Below are positions 1-8,220 of a DNA stretch of 32,000 nucleotides, one piece after another. The stretch comes from Thermoproteus tenax Kra 1 (GTDB lineage Archaea > Thermoproteota > Thermoprotei > Thermoproteales > Thermoproteaceae), in NCBI RefSeq assembly GCF_000253055.1, contig NC_016070.1:1590001-1622000 (forward strand), given 5' to 3'. The notes below the pieces were generated by a model, which was not told where the DNA came from, did no database searches, and worked only from the letters and a program-made list of their open reading frames with translations. Each line of letters begins with the position of its first letter. The stretch's first letter is position 1. The position numbers were made by a program, and so were the translations under genes.

Positions 1-1
1 C

Positions 2-460
2 AAGTACGACCTGCTGATAGTGGTGCCGCCCGCCCGTCTGCCGAAGCCGTTCCACGACACTCCGCTCGTCTCCAAGTTCCCGAACGGAGTATGGACTGCG
101 ATCAACGTAATGACTGGAAGAAGCGTGAAGTACGACGACGTGTATCTACCGGGCGAACACTCAATGCCTGCCATAGGCCTGCCGGTTGCAGGCGTCCCCG
201 TCCACTTCACAGCCATGGCGAGCGCGAACATGGTGGCTGGGGAGCTCTTGGGAGAGCCCGTCGATCCTGCGCAGATAAACTCGATGGTATGCGCAATGGA
301 CATGGGCAACTTCGGTACAGTGTTCATCTGCGACGTAAAGATCGATTTGGCCAACAACAAGGCCGCGTGGATGGGCAACTGCTACAACATCCTTAAGTCG
401 CCTGTAGGCAAGTTAATAAAGGACTTGTTCTACAAGACATGGTTGGCGACTACGATATGA
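2..460 (+). CDS. FAD-dependent pyridine nucleotide-disulfide oxidoreductase (sulfide:quinone reductase / NDH-II-like), C-terminal fragment; the 5' end is outside the window
   Basis: The frame stays open back to nt 2 (KYDLLIVVPPARLPKPF...). It is collinear with the C-terminal ~150 aa of the paralog at 8221..9399 ([17 protein letters not shown]..., PKYDD..AGD). A DUF1641 partner gene follows. Confidence 0.6.
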   Translation, partial: KYDLLIVVPPARLPKPFHDTPLVSKFPNGVWTAINVMTGRSVKYDDVYLPGEHSMPAIGLPVAGVPVHFTAMASANMVAGELLGEPVDPAQINSMVCAMDMGNFGTVFICDVKIDLANNKAAWMGNCYNILKSPVGKLIKDLFYKTWLATTI

Positions 461-906
461 GCGCGCAACAGAACGTCGATCAGAAGGTGGCAGAGTTGCT
501 CAAGACGCTCGCAGAACACGCAGATGAGCTCCAGGCCCTTGTGGAGCAGCTGATCGAGCTCAAGAGGACTGGCGTACTTGACGCCTTGATGATCGTAGTC
601 AATAGATTCGAAGAACTTATACACTACGTGTTCCAGGATCCCGCCATAATGAGGCTGGCGTCTCTGGGGGTCGATGGAACGCTGGGGGGTCTCTCAAAGC
701 TTGAGACGCAAGATGTTATCAATATGAAGGCGTCGCTCCAAGAGCTTATAGTTCGGCTCGGGAAGGGCCTCACGCCTGATGCGTTGATCAATCCTAAGCC
801 CGTCAAGGGAATCTGGGGCCTCTTGAGCGCCCTAAATGATCCAGACGTGCAGAGGGGATTGGGAGTCGCCTTCGCACTGTTGAAGGCCCTAGGGAAAACT
901 CAGTAG
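439..906 (+). CDS. DUF1641-like protein (usual partner of SQR/NDH-II-like flavoproteins)
   Basis: 155-aa ORF with a helical N-terminus and a C-terminal LNDPDVQRGLG block. The internal ATG at 457 overlaps the upstream stop (ATGA) and is the more likely start. A T6 run follows the stop. Confidence 0.55.
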   Translation: MVGDYDMSAQQNVDQKVAELLKTLAEHADELQALVEQLIELKRTGVLDALMIVVNRFEELIHYVFQDPAIMRLASLGVDGTLGGLSKLETQDVINMKASLQELIVRLGKGLTPDALINPKPVKGIWGLLSALNDPDVQRGLGVAFALLKALGKTQ

Positions 907-934
907 TTTTTTCGTCCGACGTTTGACCGCGTAA

Positions 935-972
935 ACGACTCCTCCTCACTCCAAGGGGCGAGGAGGAGTCGT
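935..972. repeat. Perfect 13-bp stem-loop in the spacer between the DUF1641 gene and tRNA-Thr (terminator-like or small RNA)
   Basis: ACGACTCCTCCTC (935-947) is the exact reverse complement of GAGGAGGAGTCGT (960-972), with a 12-nt loop. Confidence 0.5.
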
Positions 973-1109
973 CTCCTTCTCCCAGCGCCTATCTCGGCTG
1001 CGTCGATCGTCCCAGCCTCCCTCTCAACGCCATAGGAGCGCCTAGCGGCGGCGTCCGTGTTAAGGTCGTTTGGAATCCCACGAGTTGAGTTTGAATGAGG
1101 CCTTGTTAG

Positions 1110-1222
1110 AGCCCCGGCCGGGATTCGAACCCGGGACCTCCCGCTCTCTTGGTGCTATGGCTTACGAGGCTCACGCGGAGCTAAGCTCCTGGGCGCTCCG
1201 GACCGGGCTGAGCTACCGGGGC
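1110..1222 (-). tRNA. tRNA-Thr(CGU) with two inferred introns (113 nt = 76 + 20 + 17)
   Basis: Minus-strand read: acceptor GCCCCGG/CCGGGGC, D arm GCUC-AGCCCGGUCCG-GAGC, T arm CCGGG-UUCGAAU-CCCGG, discriminator U. Removing AGGAGCUUAGCUCCGCGUGA (after position 29) and a 17-nt insert at 37/38 gives the anticodon arm CCCGC-CUCGUAA-GCGGG. A TATA-like AAATTTTTAAGG sits ~25-30 nt upstream (1241-1253). The tRNA call is strong; the anticodon and intron assignment is inferred. Confidence 0.8.
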
Positions 1223-1462
1223 GGTGGAAAACATGGCAAGACCTTAAAAATTTTGTCTCTCCCGCCTCTGCGGCCAGCCAAGCGCCCCCTTCCGACAACG
1301 GGCTGAGTTGGCTTCAGCATAAATTTTTTATTTTAATAGAGCACAGATATACATATCTTAATCACTATAATCGTCGAGATATTTGTATTTTTTACAATTT
1401 TTCAGTCCTCTCTATTAATCTTTTACTATGATTGCTTTTTTATATCGTATGGATTTCAGCCA

Positions 1463-2839
1463 ATGTCCATTCCGCGTCTTATGTGTACACAACACCCCGA
1501 CTCAACGATCAAGGTATCGGTGGAGGAGGAAGTCGAGGAGGCAGTATCGGCGTATTCCATATACGGGTGCGATGAAGTTATGTCGGACTTTGAGGGCAAG
1601 GGAACTCCCTATATTCAGCCCAGAGATATTGTCGTAAGGGCCCTTAAGGCCGGCATCCCGCTTGGGGAGAGCTTCTTTATAACTCCGAGGATACCGAACC
1701 CCAGCCTCGAGGACTTCGAAAGGAGCGTGCTGGCTATGGAGGCCGCAGTTCTCGCAGACTTAAGGGCGCACAGAGAGGCGGGGGTTCACGCCGTGAGGTG
1801 GATTATACTGCCCATGTCGGAGAGCCCTGAGGACGTGAGATTTGCGGCCGAGCTCTTGCTCAAGAAGATCTCTGCGTATTCTGGCGGAGCCGACATACAG
1901 CTTGTGCCCCTTGTTGAGAACGCCGGCAAGCACTTGAGGATACTGGATTTCGTGAGAGTTATAATCGACGAATATCTCAGAAAGGGCATCTTTCTAGACA
2001 GCATTAGAATATTCCTGGGCAAAAGCGACTCTGCAGTGACGCACGGCCATATAGCATCAGCGTTGGCCATTAGGGCGGCGCTGAAGGCGCTCTACGACTT
2101 CAGCTCTGAGAGCGACCACAAGATATACCCCATTCTGGGAATGGGGTCTCCGCCGTTCAGAGGCGGCCTAAACAACCCTGAGCTTGCCCCACGCGAGGCG
2201 GCCCAGTATTCCGGCTATTACACGGCGACTATACAATCGGCAGTGCGCTACGATGTCCCATATCAACAGTACTTAGGCGTCAAAGAGGCGATCCTGTCCA
2301 ACATTGGGGGACGCCCCGACCCGGCCTTCGATGTCGAATGGGCTGCTAGAGCCGTCGAAGAGGCGGCGAAGCTCTATAGAGGGCTAGTATTCAAATACGG
2401 AGAGAGGATCTCGGAGGTCTCCTCGTTGGTTCCCTCTACGCGCGACAGAGTCGCTTGGCGCGTCTACGGGCGGAGTATAATAAACGGCGATGCGATATTG
2501 AACGTGCCGCGCGCTATAGTCTTTACAGCAACGTGGTATGCTCTCGGCGTGCCGCCGACGTTGCTAGATGCTCCATTCATGCTTGAGCTGAACAAACGCG
2601 ATGAACTTGACTATCTATTCCGCCTTTTGCCCGCGCTACCTGCCGAGCTCAGCTTCGACTCAAGGTTCTACGATAGGCGTAGAGCCGAGAGGCTGCTCGA
2701 CGAAAGGATCGTCCGAGAGATAGACGGACTGTTAGATGTGTTGGGCATAAAGCCCGAGCCGGCGCATGAGATGCCGCCGTTTACTCCATCTTCCGCGTAT
2801 ATCTTAGCAGAGGCCAGAGCCAGGGGGTTCCTCGGCTAG
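1463..2839 (+). CDS. ppcA: Archaeal-type phosphoenolpyruvate carboxylase
   Basis: The N-terminus MSIPRLMCTQHPD is the hallmark start of archaeal-type PEPC. 458 aa. TATA-like TTTTTTATATC lies ~22 nt upstream of the ATG. Confidence 0.8.
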   Translation: MSIPRLMCTQHPDSTIKVSVEEEVEEAVSAYSIYGCDEVMSDFEGKGTPYIQPRDIVVRALKAGIPLGESFFITPRIPNPSLEDFERSVLAMEAAVLADLRAHREAGVHAVRWIILPMSESPEDVRFAAELLLKKISAYSGGADIQLVPLVENAGKHLRILDFVRVIIDEYLRKGIFLDSIRIFLGKSDSAVTHGHIASALAIRAALKALYDFSSESDHKIYPILGMGSPPFRGGLNNPELAPREAAQYSGYYTATIQSAVRYDVPYQQYLGVKEAILSNIGGRPDPAFDVEWAARAVEEAAKLYRGLVFKYGERISEVSSLVPSTRDRVAWRVYGRSIINGDAILNVPRAIVFTATWYALGVPPTLLDAPFMLELNKRDELDYLFRLLPALPAELSFDSRFYDRRRAERLLDERIVREIDGLLDVLGIKPEPAHEMPPFTPSSAYILAEARARGFLG

Positions 2840-3684
2840 GCCTCCTCGAGGGCAACCACGGCGACTCCGGTCAATACTAGAGCCATTCCAACTACGGTGA
2901 ACGGCGTAGGTATCTGCCCGAAGATGGGGATGGCCAACAAGGTGGCTCCGACGGGCTCCCCAAGAGCGCTGACGGCTATCGTTATAGCTCTATATTTCCC
3001 TAACAGATAGTTGAAGATACTGTGGCCTAACAACATGGGGACTATTGCAATTAGGGCGAAGAGGAGGTATACCTCCAGGCTGTAGCCGAACAGCGGCGAG
3101 CCCTCGGCGAGCGCCACTAAGAGCGTGAAAAACGTAGCGAAGCCGTACGCGACAGCTGTATAGCTCAACGTATCGGCCCTAGCCCTCACTATTCTGCCGA
3201 CGGCCAAATAGCCCGTGAACGCCAACGCGCCTGTCAGCGCCAGGATGGCACCAAAGAGGTTGGAGCCGCCCAAGATCGCGGCAGATTGGAACATGGAGAT
3301 GGCGCCTGCTATTGAGATCAATACTCCTGCGACCGTCCTCCTCGAAACTCTCTCGGACAGTCCGTACCTGCTGACGCCAAGCATAAGAAGAGGGTGCACA
3401 TTAACAAGAGTCGTGCTTATCGCAATAGTAGTATAAAATAGAGAGGCGATCCACGTCGTGAAATGTACAGACAAAAAGGCGCCGGCGAGGGCGGCCAGCG
3501 GCCACCAGCCTCCGATTTTTATTCCTCTTCCGGAGACGCGCGCCGCCGACAGAGTCAGTAGAGTGGCTATGAGGAGTCTCCAGAAGGTGATCGCAAGCGG
3601 ATCCGCCTCTGTGAGCCTTATCAAGATCGATGCGCTCGATATGGCAATAATGGCGACCGGTATTAGTGCTATATCCCTATTCAT
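2836..3684 (-). CDS. EamA/DMT-family transporter
   Basis: 282 aa, about 10 hydrophobic helices with a two-fold internal repeat typical of DMT/EamA permeases. The stop overlaps the ppcA stop region. Confidence 0.7.
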   Translation of the reverse strand: MNRDIALIPVAIIAISSASILIRLTEADPLAITFWRLLIATLLTLSAARVSGRGIKIGGWWPLAALAGAFLSVHFTTWIASLFYTTIAISTTLVNVHPLLMLGVSRYGLSERVSRRTVAGVLISIAGAISMFQSAAILGGSNLFGAILALTGALAFTGYLAVGRIVRARADTLSYTAVAYGFATFFTLLVALAEGSPLFGYSLEVYLLFALIAIVPMLLGHSIFNYLLGKYRAITIAVSALGEPVGATLLAIPIFGQIPTPFTVVGMALVLTGVAVVALEEA

Positions 3685-4112
3685 TCAAAGATGTAAAGCC
3701 CGTGGTATTCGCTATATCTCCTCACAAGGGGCCTCGGCGATGGAATCGCCATAATCTCTAGGTGGAACGATGTCCCCTCCACCAGATGACCGGCATAGGC
3801 TCTCCCCTCCTTATCTCCCAAAACTATATGGATGTGGACAAAGGGAGAGTTATCCTTGATGGATATATTACCAATCATGGATGCGACCTCCAAGCCTCCA
3901 TCGAGGTTCTTCTCAAAATACCTCTTGGAAACTTGATCGTACCAGGCTATCGTGGCCCTCTTCAACGATCCCAGGCCGATCAAAAATCCGCTGGATATGC
4001 CCGCCTCGGCCAACTTACTTTTGAGATAGGACACAACCTCTACATCAGGTGGCACTCTGAACACTGCGGCCATGAGACAGTATCTGTTTTTTATATTTAG
4101 TGCGCCGCCCAT
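3681..4112 (-). CDS. PPC (DUF296) domain protein
   Basis: The block PFVHIHIVLGDKEGRAYAGHLVEG...LEI is typical of PPC/DUF296. The start may be the internal Met (MAAVFRVPP). It overlaps the downstream gene start by 4 nt. Confidence 0.6.
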   Translation of the reverse strand: MGGALNIKNRYCLMAAVFRVPPDVEVVSYLKSKLAEAGISSGFLIGLGSLKRATIAWYDQVSKRYFEKNLDGGLEVASMIGNISIKDNSPFVHIHIVLGDKEGRAYAGHLVEGTSFHLEIMAIPSPRPLVRRYSEYHGLYIFE

Positions 4113-4244
4113 ATTGATCCAAGGTCGATGAGGAGAGTCATGCCGAGTGATACGTGATCGGTCCAGGGGTAGCCGATTTAAGTAATTGTTTAAAATTTCA
4201 TGGGAGCTATCGCTCTATATTCCGAGAAATATTTAAAAAAATGA

Positions 4245-5714
4245 TTGAAGAGGTGCTCCATGAACCTCGATAAATTCTTCGGAATCTCCGAGCGCGGCTC
4301 GACGGTGGGAAGGGAGGTGCTCGCAGGCCTCACGACGTTTTTAGCGATGTCCTATATACTCTTCGTCAACCCGGCTATACTGACGGGGGGCTTCCAAGTC
4401 GCGCTCCAAGCCGCGTTCCACATGAGCGCTCAACAAGTACAACAGACCTATGGGCCCCTCTTATCCAGCGTTCAGCTCAGCTTCACGATAGCTACGGCGC
4501 TTGCTGCAGGCTTTGCGACGCTCGTCATGGCCCTCTACGCCCGTATGCCGTTCGGCCTCGCGCCGGGAATGGGCGAGAACGCCTTTATAGGCTATACTAT
4601 AATTCCTGCGTTCCTCTCAGTCTTGTTGCACCAGAAGCTTGTGCCGATAGCCGATGCGCCATTATTCGCAATATATCTGGCGTTGGTCTCAGTGTTCTTT
4701 AACGGCATCCTCTTCTTAATATTCTCAATAGGGGGTATTCGTGAGTTCATAATAAACTCTGTGCCTGAGTCCATCAAGTTGGGCATCTCCATAGGGATCG
4801 GCCTATTTATCTCCCTCATAGGTCTAGCAAATATAGGTCTAGTGACCGCCGGCCAGGGAACTCCCATAACTATCAACTGGCAGGCATTCACGTCGGCGAC
4901 GCTCTATCTGGGCATCGCCAGTGCCATCATCGCGGGCGCCCTCTTGGCGTTTAGAGTGCCCGGCGCATTCCTCATAGCGATTATTGCGACGACCCTAGCC
5001 GGCCTCCCGCTGGGCCTCGTCTCTCCGCCGCCCTATACTCCAACATACAATCTGACTACTTCTATATTGAACAACTTGCCCGGCTCCTTCTATCTCTACT
5101 TTGCGCTCTTCGGGATAGGCTTCCCCATAGCGTTTTCGTTGTTCCTAGTGGACTTCTTCGACGGTTTAGGCACTATAACAGGCTTGGCCATGAAGGCGGG
5201 GCTTGTGAGGAACGGCAAGATTGTCAACCTCAACAGAGCGTTGATCTCAGACTCTCTGGCCTCAATATTTGCGCCGTTCTTCGGCACATCGACTACAGTT
5301 GTCTATATTGAGAGCGCCACCGGCATAGAGCAGGGTGGGAGAACCGGCTTGACGGCGCTTGTAATATCTCTGCTCTTCTTCTCCTCCATAGCGCTGGCGC
5401 CGTTATTCGCGGCCGTGCCCGCCTACGCCACAGGCGGCGTGTTAACCCTCGTAGGCCTCCTCTTCTTGGGCATGGCCGGCAGACTGGTCGCCATTGACGA
5501 CTACACTGAGACTATACCTGCCTTTATGGCCATAATGGGCATACCCTTCACGTTCAGCATCACTGCCGGCATAGGGCTCGGCTTTATATTCTATGTATTA
5601 TTGAAGGCCGCCACCGGGAGGTTCAGAGATCTAAAGCCGGGCATTGTTCTCATCGCTATTCTGTTCGCAATATACTTCGGGCTTACTACATATTTTGAGA
5701 CGACGGGCTACTAG
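4245..5714 (+). CDS. AzgA/PbuG-type purine (adenine/guanine/hypoxanthine) permease, NCS2 family
   Basis: 489-aa polytopic membrane protein. LDKFFGISERGSTVGREVLAGLTTFLAMSYILFVNP is the characteristic N-terminus of this family. The likely true start is the MNLDKFF Met at ~4260. Confidence 0.8.
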   Translation: MKRCSMNLDKFFGISERGSTVGREVLAGLTTFLAMSYILFVNPAILTGGFQVALQAAFHMSAQQVQQTYGPLLSSVQLSFTIATALAAGFATLVMALYARMPFGLAPGMGENAFIGYTIIPAFLSVLLHQKLVPIADAPLFAIYLALVSVFFNGILFLIFSIGGIREFIINSVPESIKLGISIGIGLFISLIGLANIGLVTAGQGTPITINWQAFTSATLYLGIASAIIAGALLAFRVPGAFLIAIIATTLAGLPLGLVSPPPYTPTYNLTTSILNNLPGSFYLYFALFGIGFPIAFSLFLVDFFDGLGTITGLAMKAGLVRNGKIVNLNRALISDSLASIFAPFFGTSTTVVYIESATGIEQGGRTGLTALVISLLFFSSIALAPLFAAVPAYATGGVLTLVGLLFLGMAGRLVAIDDYTETIPAFMAIMGIPFTFSITAGIGLGFIFYVLLKAATGRFRDLKPGIVLIAILFAIYFGLTTYFETTGY

Positions 5715-5734
5715 CGCTTTAAAAGATCCCCCTT

Positions 5735-6625
5735 TTGAGCTACGTGCCCCAGAGGCCGTTGGGGGTTATACTCGCCGGCGGGAGGGGGTCTCGCTTCGGA
5801 GATCCTCAGAAGTGCCTCAGGCCGGTCTGTGGAGTCCCCATGATTATGAGAGTGGTCGCCTCGTTACAGCCCTATGTCTCACGGCTCGTGGTGGCTACGA
5901 CGCGCGGCCACGCCGCAGTGGCGTGGCTCGCACGCACTTGGGACATGGAGGTGATCTACACTGAGGGCGGGGGATACGAGCGCGATATATCGGCGCTCCT
6001 CAAGTTGGCCCCCGTCGTGATAGCCTCGTGCGATCTGCCCTTCCTAGAGCCCCACCATGTGGCCGAATTGATCGAGAACGATGTTTTCACAAGCGCAGTC
6101 AAGGACGGAGAATACATAGGGCTTACCTGGGCTCCCAACGGCGATCTCAGTAAGTGGACCAATATGGATCTGGACGTCGAGGATGTGGACGACCGGCGTA
6201 AGTGGCTCCAGTTGAGCTCATCGTGCCAGAAGCCGACGTATCCCATAGTCGTAGATCCGCGCACTCTTCTGCCCCATGAGGACGTCGAGGGGTTGTTGGA
6301 GATATCGTGGGCCGTGCGCCCCGTGGTAGTCGACGTTTGGACTTGCACTGTGCTTGACGGACACCACAGACTGGCCTCCCTCGCCGCCAGAGGGCTACCT
6401 GTCCCAGTCGTGCCCATGGACTACGCAAGCCTAGATGTGTTCACGCCTGACGGCCTATATTTCGACAAACTTGCGGTGATCTCATCGGCTTCGCGCGGAG
6501 AGAGACTGGGCCGTAGAGTCACCAGACACTTCTACGGCGGAAAACACGTCTCAAGCCTAAACCATGTGGAAATGAGCCTGGGGGAACTCGCCAATATTGC
6601 GCCGCTTAGGTGCGAGCCTCTATAG
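5735..6625 (+). CDS. cobY: Fusion protein: CobY-like adenosylcobinamide-phosphate guanylyltransferase (N-terminal) plus a ParB/Srx-fold domain with a DGHHR motif (C-terminal)
   Basis: The N-terminal GVILAGGRGSRFG...KCL...ASCDLPF matches the MobA/CobY NTP-transferase pattern. The C-terminal ~120 aa (IVVDPRTLLPHEDV...VVDVWTCTVLDGHHRLASLAARGLPVPVVPMDY) matches the ParB/sulfiredoxin-fold signature. TATA GCTTTAAAAG at ~5717 favours the GTG at 5744 as a leaderless start. Confidence 0.65.
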   Translation: MSYVPQRPLGVILAGGRGSRFGDPQKCLRPVCGVPMIMRVVASLQPYVSRLVVATTRGHAAVAWLARTWDMEVIYTEGGGYERDISALLKLAPVVIASCDLPFLEPHHVAELIENDVFTSAVKDGEYIGLTWAPNGDLSKWTNMDLDVEDVDDRRKWLQLSSSCQKPTYPIVVDPRTLLPHEDVEGLLEISWAVRPVVVDVWTCTVLDGHHRLASLAARGLPVPVVPMDYASLDVFTPDGLYFDKLAVISSASRGERLGRRVTRHFYGGKHVSSLNHVEMSLGELANIAPLRCEPL

Positions 6626-7113
6626 ATATAACTGGGACAGCTTCCGAGCTTGTGTTGTTAGCATACACCGGCGATGGAAAGGGGAAGACCACGGCGGCCT
6701 TGGGCGTCTTGCTCAGGGCTTGGGGACACGGCATGAGGACGTTGGCGGTCTTCTTGATGAAGACGCCTAGATATATGAACGACTACGTGGGCGAATATAA
6801 AGCGCTGAAGAGGTTGGGCATCGACGCGCTCTATCTAGAGGATCACAAAAGGCCCGAGGAGCTCCTCGAGGAGGCTTTGGCCAGAGCCTCCGACTACGAT
6901 CTAGTCATACTGGACGAATTCAATTACGCCGTCCGTCAAGGATTCATTAAGCCCTCGGAGGTGAGGAGGCTCCTAGGCCTCAAACCCCACGTTATAATTA
7001 CCGGCAACTACCTCTACGACGAACTCCTCTTGGCGGACCTCGTGTCAGAGGTGAAGTCTGTTAAACACTACTACAAAAGCGGCGTCGTCGGCGTAAGAGG
7101 CATTGATTGGTAA
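6610..7113 (+). CDS. cobA: Cob(I)yrinic acid a,c-diamide / corrinoid adenosyltransferase (CobA/CobO/BtuR type)
   Basis: P-loop YTGDGKGKTTAALG and the DEFNYA motif. GTG 6610 overlaps the cobY end; GTG 6652 is an alternative start. Confidence 0.8.
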   Translation: MRASIDITGTASELVLLAYTGDGKGKTTAALGVLLRAWGHGMRTLAVFLMKTPRYMNDYVGEYKALKRLGIDALYLEDHKRPEELLEEALARASDYDLVILDEFNYAVRQGFIKPSEVRRLLGLKPHVIITGNYLYDELLLADLVSEVKSVKHYYKSGVVGVRGIDW

Positions 7114-7122
7114 AGAATAAAT

Positions 7123-7140
7123 AAGGGATAAATATCCCTT
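7123..7140. promoter_or_regulatory. Perfect palindrome AAGGGATA-AA-TATCCCTT over the cobT promoter/start region (candidate operator)
   Basis: 8-bp arms are exact reverse complements. The palindrome contains the TATA-like ATAAATA and ends 2 nt before the cobT ATG (7143). Confidence 0.4.
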
Positions 7141-7142
7141 GC

Positions 7143-8135
7143 ATGAGTACGACGTTTGTAATAGTGGTGGGCACGACCGACATCTCGCTCATACCTGGCA
7201 TAACTGTGGCGGGCGCATCGCCGGAGCTTACACACTATACGCCGGCGGCAGACGTGGAGTACCTGTTGACGGGCAAGCCCAGGAGCATTTCGGCGATACC
7301 GGTCACGCCCGAGGGGATACCTACGCCCGCTCTAGTGACGAGGGCTCTGACGTACGATGTGGCTAAGCTGGTCGCCTTTGCGGGAGGCAGAGTCAAGCCC
7401 AAGGTGCCGTATATAGATCTTGGCGGAGAGCCCGGCGGAGATTTCAGGAGAGGTCCCGCGCTATCTATCGAGGCTGTTGAAAGGATCCTGGACAGTGGAA
7501 AGATTCTGGGGCGCGAGCTGGCCAGACTTGGCGAAGTCTTCATAGGAGAATCAATACCGGGGGGCACCACGACTGCAATGGCCATTCTAGTGGCGCTGGG
7601 CTACGACGCATGGGGCAAAACCTCCTCCGCAGGTCCCCACAATCCGAAGGATCTGAAAATATCTGTAGTACGCGAGGCTCTGGCGAGGGCGGGTAAAATC
7701 GATGGTCCTATAGAGGCGCTTGCGGAGGTGGGCGACCCAGTCCACGTGGGCGTGGCCGCTATCGCTCTGGGCGTCCTCGAGGGGGGCGGCTCGCCTGTGC
7801 TCGCAGGCGGTACCCAAATGGTGGCGGCCGCCGCCATAATTAAGGCTCTGGGGGGCGACATCGGCAGAATAACTATAGCAACTACCGGTTGGATAGCCGA
7901 CGATAAAAGCGCTGATTTCTTCGGCCTAGCCAAAGAGGTTGGCGTAGCCAACATAGTGGTAACTAGAGTGAGATTCTCCGATTCCAGATTCTCCGGCATC
8001 AGAGCATACGATGCAGGCTATGTAAAGGAGGGCGTGGGCATGGGCGGAGCACTATATATAGCACAGAGAAAGAATTTGCCTATAATTCAACTTATTGATA
8101 AAGAATATGAAAAACTAATTGGTAATAATAATTGA
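7143..8135 (+). CDS. cobT: Archaeal CobT-type nicotinate-nucleotide:dimethylbenzimidazole phosphoribosyltransferase (UPF0284-like)
   Basis: 330 aa. VVGTTDISLIPGITVAGASPE and GESIPGGTTTA are analogous to the CobT GIGNTT active-site loop. It lies within the cob cluster. Confidence 0.75.
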   Translation: MSTTFVIVVGTTDISLIPGITVAGASPELTHYTPAADVEYLLTGKPRSISAIPVTPEGIPTPALVTRALTYDVAKLVAFAGGRVKPKVPYIDLGGEPGGDFRRGPALSIEAVERILDSGKILGRELARLGEVFIGESIPGGTTTAMAILVALGYDAWGKTSSAGPHNPKDLKISVVREALARAGKIDGPIEALAEVGDPVHVGVAAIALGVLEGGGSPVLAGGTQMVAAAAIIKALGGDIGRITIATTGWIADDKSADFFGLAKEVGVANIVVTRVRFSDSRFSGIRAYDAGYVKEGVGMGGALYIAQRKNLPIIQLIDKEYEKLIGNNN

Positions 8136-8220
8136 TTTTTAGTTTATATTTTATATTGAGGATAATCACAGCTCCCAACATAGTAGGCGAAGTTTTCATC
8201 TTTAAAAATGGAATTCCGAA

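Noticed and set aside
1070-1306. 78-aa plus-strand ORF 1070..1306
   Set aside because: It is the complement of the tRNA-Thr gene and its promoter.
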